Shown here piece after piece: positions 1-11,635 of a stretch of DNA of 64,000 nt. Both the position numbers and the translations under genes were made by a program. Location: positions 384,001-448,000 of the forward strand of contig OZ243927.1 of NCBI GenBank assembly GCA_965213925.1, in the 5' to 3' direction. Numbering within the stretch: the stretch's first letter is position 1; each line of letters starts with the position of its first letter. This DNA is from Trueperaceae bacterium (lineage in GTDB: Bacteria; Deinococcota; Deinococci; Deinococcales; Trueperaceae). Below the pieces are notes generated by a model. That model was not told where the DNA came from, made no database searches, and saw only the letters and a list, made by a program, of their open reading frames with translations.

Positions 1-726
1 CACCATCTCCGCGTCGGCGGTCTCGTCCGCGACGACTAAGATTTCGGTGGGTCCCGCCAAGAGGTCGATACCCACTTTACCGAAAAGCTGCCGCTTCGCC
101 TCGGCGACGAAGGCGTTGCCGGGTCCGACCAAGAAGTCTACGGGCTCGATGGCTTCCGTGCCGAGTGCCATCGCCGCCATCGCTTGGACACCACCGAGGA
201 CGTAGATTTCGTCCGCGCCCGCTAAGGTCATCGTCGCGACGGTTGCGGGGTAAGGCTTGCCGTCTTTCGGCGGCGTACACGCCACCACGCGCTTCACGCC
301 CGCCGCTTTCGCCGTAGCGATGCTCATGATGGCGGAGGCGATCATTGGGTAGCGTCCGCCAGGGACATAGCAACCGACCGCGTTCATCGGGATGTTCTTG
401 TGACCGAGTGTGACGCCGGGTCGCGTTTCGACTTCGATGTCCTTGATGGAGTCTCGCTGGGCTTGGGCGAAGGTGCGGACCTGTTCTAAGGAGAACTTGA
501 TGGCGTTCAGCTCCTCCTCTGAAACCTGCGACATCGCCTCGTCGATCTCCTCTTGCGACAAGAGGAAGCTCTCGGGCGTGTAGTTGTCGAACTTGTCTGA
601 GAGTTCGCGTACCGCCTCGTCGCCGCGCTCCTTAACGTCTTTGAGGAGACCCTTGACCTTCTCCTGCACGTCGTCACTGATCGTCTCGCGCTCTTCGACG
701 CTCATGCCTTCTTTGATGTAACGCAT
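1..726 (-). CDS. Histidinol dehydrogenase-like oxidoreductase (HpsN/HisD-paralog subfamily), 3' end beyond window
   Basis: Manual translation from ATG at 726 (RBS AGGAG): MRYIKEG...[18 protein letters not shown]...[28 protein letters not shown]. These are HisD-fold motifs, and the gene is in a catabolic rather than his-operon context. Confidence 0.8.
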   Translation of the reverse strand, partial: MRYIKEGMSVEERETISDDVQEKVKGLLKDVKERGDEAVRELSDKFDNYTPESFLLSQEEIDEAMSQVSEEELNAIKFSLEQVRTFAQAQRDSIKDIEVETRPGVTLGHKNIPMNAVGCYVPGGRYPMIASAIMSIATAKAAGVKRVVACTPPKDGKPYPATVATMTLAGADEIYVLGGVQAMAAMALGTEAIEPVDFLVGPGNAFVAEAKRQLFGKVGIDLLAGPTEILVVADETADAEMV

Positions 727-777
727 ACCTTCTCCTTTGATACTAGAAACGTTATGCCGATTCGCTTACGGAAATAG

Positions 778-1566
778 TTAGTAAGGTGCTTGCGTGGTCT
801 CTTGCTTCACGCCTTTAACCTCTTCTGTCACCTTCTTTGCCGCGCCCGATAGGAGCCGAATGTCCGTCTCCACCGTGACGAACTGATAGCCCAGGTCGAT
901 CATCTTTTTCGCGTACTGAGTCGAATTATTGTGAAGCCCTGCGACGACGTTATGCTCACGCGCCACCTTGACGATGCGTTCCAACGCCTCCACGACCGGA
1001 CCCTCTTCAAAGTCCGCGCCGGGTTTACCGCCCAAGCTCTGACTCAAGTCCGCCGGACCCACGTAAACGGCGTCTAAACCGGGGGTTTGGACGATTTCCT
1101 CGAGGTTCTCCAACCCCGCCGCCGTCTCGATCATCGCGAAGGTCAAGACCTCTTCATTTGCGTTCGCAGCATAGTCCGACCCTGCGTAAAGTGCTGCCCG
1201 CGTCGGTCCATAACTCCGATACCCGTGCGGCGGATAGCGGCACGCACCTACGAACGCTTCCGCTTCCTTTGCGCTGTTGATCATCGGGCAGATGATGCCG
1301 TAACAGCCCGCGTCTAAGAGTTTCATGATGATGCCGGGCTCGTTCCAGGGGACGCGAGCGAGCGGGACGGTATCCGTCGTCGAAATCGCTTGAAACATCG
1401 GCACGGCGCTCTCGAAGTGGCTGAGCCCGTGCTGCATGTCCACCGTGAGGCTACCGAAGCCTGCGTGCGCCATGACTTCTGCGCTGATAGATGATGGGAT
1501 GTGGAGCCAGCCGTTAAGGACGCTGTCGCCACGTTCGAACGCTTCTTTTAAGAGGTTGCGTCTCAT
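778..1566 (-). CDS. HpcH/HpaI aldolase family protein
   Basis: VDMQHG, LARVPWN, MIET and VGPADLS motifs. Confidence 0.9.
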   Translation of the reverse strand: MRRNLLKEAFERGDSVLNGWLHIPSSISAEVMAHAGFGSLTVDMQHGLSHFESAVPMFQAISTTDTVPLARVPWNEPGIIMKLLDAGCYGIICPMINSAKEAEAFVGACRYPPHGYRSYGPTRAALYAGSDYAANANEEVLTFAMIETAAGLENLEEIVQTPGLDAVYVGPADLSQSLGGKPGADFEEGPVVEALERIVKVAREHNVVAGLHNNSTQYAKKMIDLGYQFVTVETDIRLLSGAAKKVTEEVKGVKQETTQAPY

Positions 1567-1592
1567 CTAACCACCCGCATCAGTTCACCAAC

Positions 1593-2282
1593 TCAATTCT
1601 CTAGCCAAGCGCGAAGCGCGGCGGTGACGGCGACGGGCTGCTCGAGCGTGCTGTAATGCCCACACTCTTCAACCACGACGAGCGCGGCTTGGAGCATCCT
1701 CTCTTTGATCTCTTCGTGGAGTTCTATGGGCGTCGCCGGGTCACTCCGTCCCGCAATCAGCAAAGTAGGACAGGTGATCTCCCCGAGCATCTCGCGGCGG
1801 TCTTCGCGGCTCCGTAAGGTATCTAACTGCTTCAAAAACGCCTCCTCCCCGACGCGCTGTCCCATGAGCTTGATGACGGCGTGGAGAAGTGAATTGTCCC
1901 GGTGCGTCCAGCCCGCAAGCGCGTTTAGTACTTCTCCGAATTTGCCTGAGCGCGTCATTTCCTCCCACTTGTCCCACGCTTCGAAATTCGCAGGCGTCGA
2001 ACCTCTTGCGTTACCACTCAAAATGGCGAGCTTAGTCACACGCTCCGGGGCTTGCCTCATGATTTCAAAGGCGATGATTGCGCCCATCGAGTGACCTGCC
2101 AAAGCAAATTTATCCGGTGCGTTTTGGAGAACGTCCCTTGCCACGTCCTCAACGGACGAACTCTCGGAGAGGTCGCCAAAGTGCACCTCCGCTACGTCCG
2201 CCAAGTGCTTCACCTGATGCGCCCACAGATGCTCATCACAGAGGGTTCCGGGCAGCAACACGAGTTGTTTCGTCTCGCTCAA
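1593..2282 (-). CDS. Alpha/beta fold hydrolase
   Basis: GHSMG nucleophile elbow; D and GH catalytic residues near C-terminus. Confidence 0.9.
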   Translation of the reverse strand: MSETKQLVLLPGTLCDEHLWAHQVKHLADVAEVHFGDLSESSSVEDVARDVLQNAPDKFALAGHSMGAIIAFEIMRQAPERVTKLAILSGNARGSTPANFEAWDKWEEMTRSGKFGEVLNALAGWTHRDNSLLHAVIKLMGQRVGEEAFLKQLDTLRSREDRREMLGEITCPTLLIAGRSDPATPIELHEEIKERMLQAALVVVEECGHYSTLEQPVAVTAALRAWLEN

Positions 2283-2902
2283 GCGTTCTCCTGTTCTTCA
2301 CTGTCCAGCTTTTCGCGCATCTGACGCTCGAGTTCCTCATAATGGTCCGGCTTGATCATCTTACCCGAGTCATCCGCGTCGAAGCCCTTTTCGGCGGCTT
2401 GCCGGATGACCTGCGGAGCCCAGTAGGGGTCTTTGCCTGAAAAGACCTTGTGCTCTTCTAAGATGCCCAAAATCCAACCCTCTTCACCGTTGTTATCTAG
2501 CACCTCGAAGCCGCGCCAGAGTTTCGGCGGCAGCGAGATGAGGTCCCACTCCTCGATGATGGTGTCGTCGTCCACCTTGTCGGGCTCTTCGCCCCAATAG
2601 AAACGCCACCTGCCTTTGAGCGGCATAAAGGCTTCGACGTAGTCGTGTGTATGGTACGCCGGACCGTTGCCCGGTTTCGCCTTGACGATGCCGACTTGGA
2701 AGCTGTGCGGTGCAGTAATGAGGGGATCGTAGTGGTCGTTCTCGCTGGCGGTGTCGCCAATCAAGGCGTAGTTCATCCGCTGATGCCCTTCTAAGATGCT
2801 GTCGATAAACATGAGCGGTGTGCCGCGCTTTTTGAGGTCGTTAAAACGGGCAATGCGCCCCTCCATCGGGCTGGTTGCTGGGTCTGTTTTTGTGCTGTCC
2901 AC
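2279..2902 (-). CDS. Cupin domain protein
   Basis: GPAYHTHDYVEAF cupin motif; GTG at 2902 preceded by AAGGAG. Confidence 0.75.
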   Translation of the reverse strand: MDSTKTDPATSPMEGRIARFNDLKKRGTPLMFIDSILEGHQRMNYALIGDTASENDHYDPLITAPHSFQVGIVKAKPGNGPAYHTHDYVEAFMPLKGRWRFYWGEEPDKVDDDTIIEEWDLISLPPKLWRGFEVLDNNGEEGWILGILEEHKVFSGKDPYWAPQVIRQAAEKGFDADDSGKMIKPDHYEELERQMREKLDSEEQENA

Positions 2903-3357
2903 GTGCGCTCCTTTCGAGCTAGAATACGTATGCAAAGAGGTCTTGACCTTACCTGAATTTCTCGCCGATGTAAAGATGTGGTGGCGTCAGGGCGTAAACA
3001 CCGCAGCGACGACTCTACGGTTATTCCGCAGCAGTTTTATCTCTTTTTTATCTCTTTGCGTCCACACATCAGACCATGTATCTGAGGTATGTACTTGCGC
3101 ACCAAATTTTAAGGTATCTCGGGGTGATATAAACGCTTTAGTTTTTCGCTCACGGATAACGTTTAGCACGTCTCTCGCGCGAAAAGAGGTCTGTGAGACA
3201 ATTGACATAGCAGGCGGCACCGGGGTACTTTAGTGAATGAGATACTTCACAGTCTGCTGCAGTTATTACGAGTCTCGGCGGCGTCATATAGAACTCGAGC
3301 GAATCGGCGTAGAGGTCTAACCCGCCCTTCAGACTGTGACCTTTAGGAGGTCTCCGC

Positions 3358-4746
3358 ATGGCACGTTACGCAAGTCGACTCTCTCTAACTGTATTCATGG
3401 TGCTTGTCGCTTTGGGGCTAGTCTTTGGACTGGTCGCCGCGCAAGACACGGGCGGCGAGAGCGCCCCCAGCGGACCCGCAACCGCGGCGACCTATGGACT
3501 CCAAGAGGGCAAGCCCTTCGAGGGCACCGAGCTGCGCATCCTGAGCTGCTGCCCGACCGCGCCTCAACTCGCCAATATAATCGAGCGCACCGACACTGAA
3601 TTTCAGGAGTTGACAGGCATCACCGTCGAGTGGGACAGCACGCCTTTCGGCAACTTCCAAGACGAGCTTTTGCTCCAGGGCTCCTCGGGCACGGGTACCT
3701 ACGACCTCGCCTTTTGGGTGGACTCGTGGGGCGTCGGCTTACAGAACTTCCTCGAGCCCTTAGATGAGTACATGGCGGAGTCGGGTAAGACGATGGAGGA
3801 CTACCCGCAAGCCTATATCGACTCGAGCCGTATGGGGACCGACACCACCTACGGCTTCCCGCTGCGCGGTCACGCTCAGATGCTCTACTACCGCGCCGAC
3901 GTGTTTGAAGAGCTGGGGCTAGAGGTGCCGCAGACTTGGCAGCAGATTGTCGAAGCGGGACAGGTCATTCGCGAACAAACCGACCTAGAGCCTATCGCGA
4001 TGTATTACGGCATCAACGCGGGTCAAAACCTCTTCAACTATTTCTCGATGCTCTGGGGCAACGGCGGCGACATCTTCGACGAGAACTTGCGTCCCACGTT
4101 TAATAGCGAAGCGGGCGTCGCGGCGGCGAACTACTACGCGAACTTGGTGCAGGACTTCAACGTGACCAACGACGCTTCGCTCGCTTTTAACGAGCAGGAG
4201 GCGAACCAGGAGATGGTGCAGGGTCGCGCCGCGATGTTCGTAGGCTGGTCATGGATGTTCACCCGCTTCAGCTCGGATTCTGCGACGCCCGAAGTGCAAG
4301 AGAACGCTGCGTTCGCGGCTGCGCCTGGCTGGGAAGGCGGCGACCGGACCTCGTACGGCTACCTCTGGCCGGTGGGGATGTTTAGCGCGTCGGATAACAA
4401 AGAGGCTGCTTACGAGTACCTCCAGTGGATTTCGAGCGCCGAACTCGACCGCGCGGTCGTAACCGACAACGACGAACCGGACCTCAATACGGTGGTCGCG
4501 GTGCACCTCTCGGTGCTGCAAGACCCAAACGTTTACGAAGCTGATAACGGTTTGCAGCAGACGATGGCGGAGACGCTCACCGAAGCCCGCTCGACGCCGC
4601 TGATTTCAAACTGGCTCGAGGTGCAAAGCATCTTAGAGGTCGCCATCAACGAAATCGCCAACGGCGCGGACGCTCAGGCAACTTTAGACGACGCAGCGGC
4701 GAACGTCGAAGAGGCGATGGACCGCGCGGGGTACTACAACGATTGA
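3358..4746 (+). CDS. Carbohydrate ABC transporter substrate-binding protein
   Basis: Signal peptide; LYYRADVFEELGLEVPQTW SBP_bac_1 motif; RBS AGGAGG. Confidence 0.9.
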   Translation: MARYASRLSLTVFMVLVALGLVFGLVAAQDTGGESAPSGPATAATYGLQEGKPFEGTELRILSCCPTAPQLANIIERTDTEFQELTGITVEWDSTPFGNFQDELLLQGSSGTGTYDLAFWVDSWGVGLQNFLEPLDEYMAESGKTMEDYPQAYIDSSRMGTDTTYGFPLRGHAQMLYYRADVFEELGLEVPQTWQQIVEAGQVIREQTDLEPIAMYYGINAGQNLFNYFSMLWGNGGDIFDENLRPTFNSEAGVAAANYYANLVQDFNVTNDASLAFNEQEANQEMVQGRAAMFVGWSWMFTRFSSDSATPEVQENAAFAAAPGWEGGDRTSYGYLWPVGMFSASDNKEAAYEYLQWISSAELDRAVVTDNDEPDLNTVVAVHLSVLQDPNVYEADNGLQQTMAETLTEARSTPLISNWLEVQSILEVAINEIANGADAQATLDDAAANVEEAMDRAGYYND

Positions 4747-4885
4747 GGTTGGCGCGTAGCAGATTGCGTGCGTAAGGAAGCTGATTCTTAGCAATGAGTT
4801 AAAAGCAATGAGCAACGAGTCTAAAGCCCTTGAATTTCACTCATTGCTCGGTACTCATTGCTAAGTAACAAGATTGGTGGGAGCC

Positions 4886-5789
4886 ATGACACAAGTAAGC
4901 CTTGGTGCCGTCCATGCGGCGTAACCCTCTCTCGATTGCAGCGCTGGTCGTCCCAGCGCTGCTCGTCGTTGCGCTAACGACGACCTATCCTCTCATCTCC
5001 GCCTTTCTAACGAGCTTCCGCTTCTGGCGGCTCAACCGCTCGACCGAGCCCGGCGAGTGGGTTGGCTTCGAGAATTACCTCCGCGCATTTGAGGATGGGG
5101 CGTTCTTAAACAGCATGAGTGTGACCCTCATCTACACGCTCATCTCGGTGGGCTTCTCGCTCGGGTTAGGCTTAGCGTTCGCGCTCCTCTTACAGCGCGA
5201 AAACCGCATCAACACTGCGATTCGCGTGCTCCTCATCTTCCCCTACGCGGTGAGCCCCGCCCTCAAAGGCTTCTCCTGGCGCTTCATGCTCAACCCGAAC
5301 TACGGCGTGTATGACTGGGCGGTAGGCACACTTTTTCCCTTCTTGGACGGTATCATCTGGCTCGCCCAGCCCTTCTGGGCGCTCTTTTGGATGGCGATGT
5401 CGGAGGTGTGGGGTTGGGCTCCTCTTATCGCGCTTATGTTCATCGGCGCACTCGGCTCGATCTCTGAAAACCTCTACGAGGCGGCTCGCATCGACGGCGC
5501 GAACCGTTTGCAAATCTTTCGCTCGATCACCTTGCCGCTGCTCTTGCCCGTTATCTTGATCGTCGCGCTGCTAAAAACGATCTTCTCCCTAAAGCTCTTT
5601 GCTCAGGTCGTCACCATGACGGGCGGCGGTCCGGGTCGCGCCACGCAGACACTCAACTATTATGTCTATCAGAACGCCTTTCGCAACCTCGATATGGGCT
5701 ACGCCTCGGCGCTCGCCTGGATTCTAGTGGTTGTCATGTCTATTTTCGCGTTCGCCTACGTCTATCTCGTCTTACAGCGGCAGAACTGA
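4886..5789 (+). CDS. Carbohydrate ABC transporter permease (likely start 4886 with apparent +1 artefact at 4901-4904)
   Basis: EAARIDGA EAA loop and TM helices. The RBS-preceded ATG at 4886 joins the ORF only if CTTG is read as one Leu codon. Confidence 0.85.
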
Positions 5790-5799
5790 GAGGGGCATC

Positions 5800-6606
5800 A
5801 TGTCTAAACTTCTCGAGAACGTCGGGCGCGTCCTTATCTTGCTCTATATCATCGTGCCTATCTTCTGGATTACGATAACCGCATTTAAGAGGGAGCAAGA
5901 CGTCTTCTCGCTCAGGGTCTTTTTCCAGCCCACCTTGCAAAACTTCGTCGAAATCTTCTCCGACCCCTTCAACTTCGGGCCGCTTCTGCGCAACAGCTTT
6001 ATCATCTCGCTTGGGACGATCATCATCGCCATCCCCTTGGCGGTGGCGGCTTCCTACGTCTTCTCGCGCTACAGCTTTCGCTTCAGCACCTTTTTACTCG
6101 TTTGGGTGCTCGCCACGCAGTTCGTGCCGCCCGTGGTCGTAGGGATTCCCTTTTTCACCCTCTTTCGCAACGTCAACTTGCTCGACACGCCCTGGGCGCT
6201 CATCATCGTCAACCTCTCACTGGTGCTTCCCTACGCGATCTGGCTTATCAAAGGCTTCGTGGACGCGCAACCTGTGGAGATCGAGGAGGCGGCGACGGTG
6301 GACGGGTGCAACATCTTCCAGATTTTGCAGTACGTGACCTTTCCGCTCATCGCGCCTGGCGTCATCGTGGCGGCAGCGTTCTCCTTCATCCTTGCCTGGA
6401 ACGAGTTTTTGTTCGCGCTCATCATGACGAACAGCGACAACGCCGAAACGCTGCAAGTCGGGCTCTTGGCGACGCAGACGTCGCAAGGCGTCGAGTGGGA
6501 GCTGATGTCGGCGACAGGGCTGCTGATCATGGTGCCGATTTTCGTCCTGTCGCTCTTCATCCGGCGGCACTTTATCAGCGGGATTACGATGGGCGCGGTG
6601 AAGTAG
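5800..6606 (+). CDS. Carbohydrate ABC transporter permease
   Basis: EEAATVDG EAA loop; ends GITMGAVK. Confidence 0.9.
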   Translation: MSKLLENVGRVLILLYIIVPIFWITITAFKREQDVFSLRVFFQPTLQNFVEIFSDPFNFGPLLRNSFIISLGTIIIAIPLAVAASYVFSRYSFRFSTFLLVWVLATQFVPPVVVGIPFFTLFRNVNLLDTPWALIIVNLSLVLPYAIWLIKGFVDAQPVEIEEAATVDGCNIFQILQYVTFPLIAPGVIVAAAFSFILAWNEFLFALIMTNSDNAETLQVGLLATQTSQGVEWELMSATGLLIMVPIFVLSLFIRRHFISGITMGAVK

Positions 6607-6661
6607 GGCTCGAGCTAGACCGCATTCAGTGCGGTCGACCTTTCTAACGGCAGGGTAACTT

Positions 6662-7972
6662 ATGCGAAATAGTGTTGCGAAAATTCTAGCTTTCCTCTTC
6701 CTCGCTACGTCGGGTCTCGCCTCCGCTCAGCCCGGAGAAGGCGCTGAGCCCCCTGCCGAACTCCTTACCTGGCTGCGCGAACACGCGCGACCTCTTCAGT
6801 CTGCGGTTCCTACAGATAGCAACGAAGACCTTCTACCGCTTAAAGAGATGATTGGCGACGCCCGCATCGTCGCGCTAGGTGAAGCGACGCACGGCACAAG
6901 CGAGTTTTTCACCATCAAGCACCGCATCGTCCAGTTCTTAGCCGAAGAGATGGACTTCACGGTCTTTTCCATCGAGGCGAACATGCCCGAGGCGTACCGG
7001 CTAAACGAGTATATACTGACGGGCGAGGGCAACCCGAGAGACCTCCTTAAAGGCATGTACTTCTGGACGTGGAACACGCAAGAGGTCTTGGACATGATTT
7101 TGTGGATGCGTGAGTTCAACGCTTCGGGGCAGGGGGTGATGCAATTTACGGGATTTGACATGCAATTCCCCACTGTTCCAGCGGAAGAGGTGAGGACGTT
7201 TGTGGCTCAGCACGACCCCGGCTACTTGGCTACCCTCGATGAAGCCTACGGCACTGTTATGAAAGCTCGTGAAGACAGTCGAGAGGTGCGCCCGAAAAGC
7301 ATAGAAGAGATAGAGACCACACGTAGTGTGTGGCGGAGTGAGGCTGAGCGTGTTTTAAGCGATCTAACAGAGCGGCAGAACACCTACAAAGATGCCACAG
7401 CTAGTGAGGTTGCCTGGGCAATTCAGAATGCGCGTATTATCGTTCAAGGGATGAACAAGGAGCTATCTGGGGAACGCGGCATTCGTGACTCAAGTATGGC
7501 TGCTAACGTCGAGTGGATTGTAGAGCAGAATCCGGGCGCTAAGGTTATTCTGTGGGCACATAACGCGCATGTTGCAGAAGCGTTGCTTCCTTACAACTAC
7601 ACTGTCGCAATGGGCGACGCGCTCGTTAGCCGTTATGGAGAGGACTACCTGTCTATCGGATTCAATTTCTACTCGGGTCAATACACGGCTGTCCGTCCTG
7701 GTGAAGGTCTTGGTATTCAGGTGACTGAACCTGCTCGCGCCGGGAGTATAGGTAGTGTCTTTCACGCTCTGAATTTACCTTTGTTTATGCTCGACCTGCG
7801 CACAGCCAAGGAGGACGCGCGGGCATCGTGGCTCGTTCGACCTCATGATGTGCGGGAGCTTGGTGCATTGGCGATAGAAGAGAGCCAAGCTTATCATTCG
7901 ACAGTTCTTACAGATAAGTACGACGCCGTCATCTTCGTTGACCAGATGACGCCTACAGACCTCTTCGAGTGA
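6662..7972 (+). CDS. Secreted erythromycin esterase family protein
   Basis: ALGEATHGTSEF, FTGFDMQ, RDSSMAANV and WAHNAHV motifs; N-terminal signal peptide. Confidence 0.85.
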   Translation: MRNSVAKILAFLFLATSGLASAQPGEGAEPPAELLTWLREHARPLQSAVPTDSNEDLLPLKEMIGDARIVALGEATHGTSEFFTIKHRIVQFLAEEMDFTVFSIEANMPEAYRLNEYILTGEGNPRDLLKGMYFWTWNTQEVLDMILWMREFNASGQGVMQFTGFDMQFPTVPAEEVRTFVAQHDPGYLATLDEAYGTVMKAREDSREVRPKSIEEIETTRSVWRSEAERVLSDLTERQNTYKDATASEVAWAIQNARIIVQGMNKELSGERGIRDSSMAANVEWIVEQNPGAKVILWAHNAHVAEALLPYNYTVAMGDALVSRYGEDYLSIGFNFYSGQYTAVRPGEGLGIQVTEPARAGSIGSVFHALNLPLFMLDLRTAKEDARASWLVRPHDVRELGALAIEESQAYHSTVLTDKYDAVIFVDQMTPTDLFE

Positions 7973-7984
7973 GTGGCTTCGGCG

Positions 7985-8317
7985 TCAAAAGAGAGTAATG
8001 ACGCCGCCACTCGGGTTCTCGAGCAGCGCTTGAATATCTCCGTAGTGCTTCCTCAACATTGCCTCGACATCCGCTACTTTGCAGTTGCCACGCCTTATCC
8101 AGATGACGTAAGGCGGGAAGCCGAGCAGCAAACAGAGGTCGCTGAAGTCGGCGTCTTTGGTGACAATGAGGTAGTCCTCTCGCTGAGCATAATCCCGCAC
8201 CTCTTCGTCGTCAGCTCTATCCAAACCTACTAGGTAGACGTGGTTCGAGCCGGGATAGAGGTCGGCTAGACGGTCGACTAAGCGCGGTGATAAATTCTGG
8301 TCGAAAAGCAGATTCAC
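7985..8317 (-). CDS. DUF5615 PIN-like toxin (VapC45 type)
   Basis: LLFDQNLS...DEEV...IVTKDADF; overlaps DUF433 gene. Confidence 0.85.
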   Translation of the reverse strand: MNLLFDQNLSPRLVDRLADLYPGSNHVYLVGLDRADDEEVRDYAQREDYLIVTKDADFSDLCLLLGFPPYVIWIRRGNCKVADVEAMLRKHYGDIQALLENPSGGVITLF

Positions 8318-8538
8318 GGCTGTACGAGCATGAGGTGCTTCTCTCTATCTGCGGCAAAGCTCAAGCACGCCAAAATATCCTCTTCGGTGAGGTAGGGGAA
8401 GTCTTCTAAAATTTCTTCGTGGGTCATGCCTGAGGCGAGGTATTCAAGCACATCATAGACTGTGATGCGCATCCCCCTGATGCAGGGCTTCCCGCTGCGC
8501 TTGCCCGGTTCGATGGTGATAATGTTGCGATAGTCCAT
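8314..8538 (-). CDS. DUF433 antitoxin
   Basis: GKPCIRGMRITVYDVL...EILEDFPYLTEEDILACL. Confidence 0.9.
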   Translation of the reverse strand: MDYRNIITIEPGKRSGKPCIRGMRITVYDVLEYLASGMTHEEILEDFPYLTEEDILACLSFAADREKHLMLVQP

Positions 8539-8733
8539 AAGACTTATGTTACCTCAACCTATCTATACCAATTCTCGTGTGACCTCCTTCACTCGTCAGC
8601 CAAACTAACGGATAACTTAATCTCCCGTGCTAAATTAGAGTGTTTATGCAGGAGTTGTCTGCGCTATGTTTTCCTATTTCTTCCCTTAGACAACTCTGCT
8701 TCTTTACTTAGAGTCATAAGGAAGGTCACATAC

Positions 8734-11572
8734 ATGCTGTCTTTTTTCCAAAAGATGTTCGACAACAACGAACGCGACGTCAAGCGGATTGAGCGGAGCG
8801 TGGTGGAGGCGGTCAACGCGCTCGAGCCCACCGCTAAGGATATAGAGCACCTCCCCACCGAGTACGCCAAACTCCGCGAGCGTTACCAGGAAGGCGAAAA
8901 TCTAGACGACCTCTTACCTGAGTGCTTCGCGCTGGTGCGCGAGTCGGCGCGGCGCAACTTAGGCTTGCGCCACTACGACGTGCAGCTTATCGGCGGCGCA
9001 GCCTTGCACCAGGGCAAGATGGCGGAGATGAAAACGGGTGAAGGTAAAACGCTCGTCGCGACGCTTGCACTTGCCCTTAACGCCATTCCCGGCAAGGGCA
9101 CGCACCTCGTCACCACGAACGACTACTTGGTGCAGACGGGTGCGGAGTGGATGGGTCCCATCTATCGCGGGCTAGGGCTTACCGTAGGCGCGATTCAGCA
9201 CAGCCTCAAACCCGAACAGCGCCGCGCCGCCTACGGCTGCGACGTGACCTACATGACGAACTCTGAGCTGGGCTTCGACTATTTGCGCGACAACATGGCG
9301 TTTCGCCCCGAACAGCTTGTGTTGCGCGAGCAAACCCCGCTGCACTACGCTATCATCGACGAGGTGGACTCGATTCTCATCGACGAGGCGCGGACGCCTT
9401 TAATCATCTCCGGTCCGGCTGAGGTTGCCACCGATAAATACTACACGATGGCGAAGCTCGTGAAGGGCATGGAGCGCGGCGAACCTGCCGAGGGTGAGGA
9501 AAAACCCGCTACGGGCGACTACTCCGCCGACGAAAAGACCAAAGACATTCACTTAACCGAGCAGGGCATCGAAAAAGCGGAGAAGATGCTAGGTATTGAA
9601 GACATCTTCAGCGCCAAAAACATGGAACTCGGTCACATGGTCCGCCAGGCGTTACGCGCCAAAGAGCACTACCACCGCGACAAGCAGTACGTGAAAGACG
9701 ACAACGGACAAATTCTCATCGTTGACGAGTTCACAGGTCGCCTCATGCCGGGGCGTCGCTTCGGCGAAGGCTTGCACCAAGCCATTGAAGCGAAAGAGGG
9801 CGTCAAGATCGAGCGCGAGAACCAGACGCTCGCCACGGTCACGTACCAGAACTTCTTCAAGCTCTACGACAAGATCGCGGGGATGACGGGTACGGCGAAA
9901 ACCGAAGAGAAGGAATTTCAGGAGATTTACTCCACCGACGTGCTCATTATCCCCACCAACAAGCCCGTCATCCGCGCCGACCACGACGACATCGTCTACC
10001 GCACCGAGCAGGGCAAGTTCGACGCCGTCGTCGCCGAAATCGAAGAGATTCACAAGACGGGGCAGCCGATTTTGGTCGGTAGCGTGACCATCGACGCCTC
10101 GGAGCGCTTATCCTCGATGCTCAAGAAGAAGGGCGTCAAGCACCAGGTCCTGAACGCGAAGTATCACGAGAAGGAGGCGGAGATCGTCGCGCAGGCCGGG
10201 CGCAGCGGAGCCGTCACCATCTCGACAAACATGGCAGGTCGCGGTACGGACATCGTCTTGGGGGGCAACCCCGAAGCGTTAGCGGGACAGCTTTTAGAGC
10301 GCGAAGGCTTCAGCCGCTACGAGCGCAAAACCGAGCTATTTATCAAAGCCGTGATGCTCCGCAAAGAGGACGAAATCCGCAAACTTGCCTCTGAGATTGA
10401 GGACTTACCGCACGACATCATCCCACGCCTGGAGACGATTCGCGACCAAGCCCAAGCGGACCACGAAAAGGTTGTAGAGTTGGGCGGACTCCACATCATC
10501 GGCACAGAGCGCCACGAGTCGCGCCGCATTGACAACCAGTTGCGCGGACGTGCGGGGCGTCAAGGGGACCCAGGCTCGAGCCGCTTCTACGTCTCCTTCG
10601 ACGACGACCTCATGCGGCTCTTTGCGTCTGAGCGCGTCTTAGGCATGATGGACCGCTTAGGCATGGACGACGAGCAGCCCATCGAAGCGGGCATGGTCAC
10701 GGGCGCGATCGAGCGGGCGCAAAAGCGCGTCGAGGACCGCAACTTCGGCATCCGCAAGCAGCTTTTAGAGTTCGATAACGTGATGAGCAAGCAGCGCGAG
10801 GTCATCTACGCGCAGCGCCGCGACATTCTCTTGGGTAACGACATCTCCGACGACGTGCAGGACATGATCGCGGAGTACGTGGACGCGCAGGTGCAGAACT
10901 ACCTGAATATGGAGTTGGAGCCCGAAGAGCAGGAGATCGACCAACTTCGCACTGCCGTCATTGATGCGGTGCCTGCTTTAGAGGATTTCGACTTCGAAGC
11001 CTTGCGCGGTCAAGAGCCGGACGAGGCGACGGACAAGCTCGTCCCGGAAATCGAAGCGACGTATAAAGCCCGCGAAGAGGAACTCGGCGAGAGCCTCATG
11101 CGCGAGTTGGAGCGCTTTATCGTCCTGCAAGTTGTAGACAATCACTGGAAAGAGCAGCTTCACAACATGGACGTGCTGCGCCAGGGCATCGGCCTTGCGC
11201 GGTTACGGTCAGCGCAACCCCTTGCAGGAATACGCTTTCGAAGGCTTCAATCTGTTCGAAGAGATGAAGCAGGGCATCCGCTTGCAGGTCGCGAGACTTC
11301 TCTTTCGCGTGCAGGTGCAGACCGAGCAGCCCTTACAGCGTGAGGAAAAGCAACCTGCTGCTAAAAAGATGGACTACCTCACCGACCAGCCGCAGATTGG
11401 CAACAACGTCGGGCAGCGGGCGGCGCAAGGTGGACCGACCCGCCCGATTCAGAATGACGAAAAGGTCGGGCGTAACGACCCCTGCCCTTGCGGAAGCGGC
11501 AAGAAGTACAAGCACTGCCACGGTCGCGGCGGCGGCACCGGGGTGAGTGCGCCGAGTCAACCGTCGGCATAG
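8734..11572 (+). CDS. secA: Preprotein translocase SecA (apparent +1 frameshift at 11194-11197)
   Basis: [37 protein letters not shown]. The C-terminal RGYGQRNPL and SEC-C ([18 protein letters not shown]) lie in the next frame. Confidence 0.95.
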
Positions 11573-11586
11573 ATAAACGCATCCAA

Positions 11587-11620
11587 GAAAGAGCCGCGAA
11601 GCTAACTTCGCGGCTCTTTC
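11587..11620. terminator. Bidirectional intrinsic terminator
   Basis: GAAAGAGCCGCGAAG-ctaa-CTTCGCGGCTCTTTC perfect 15-bp stem between convergent genes. Confidence 0.85.
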
Positions 11621-11635
11621 CGTTTTGAGACACGC

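Noticed and set aside
6662..7972. Acquired macrolide resistance gene (ereA/ereB)
   Set aside because: Only family motifs match. The signal peptide and lack of a mobile context make a resistance function unsupported.
8734..11572. secA pseudogene or programmed frameshift
   Set aside because: The gene is essential, has no slippery site, and the extra base fits the C/T Leu-codon artefact pattern.
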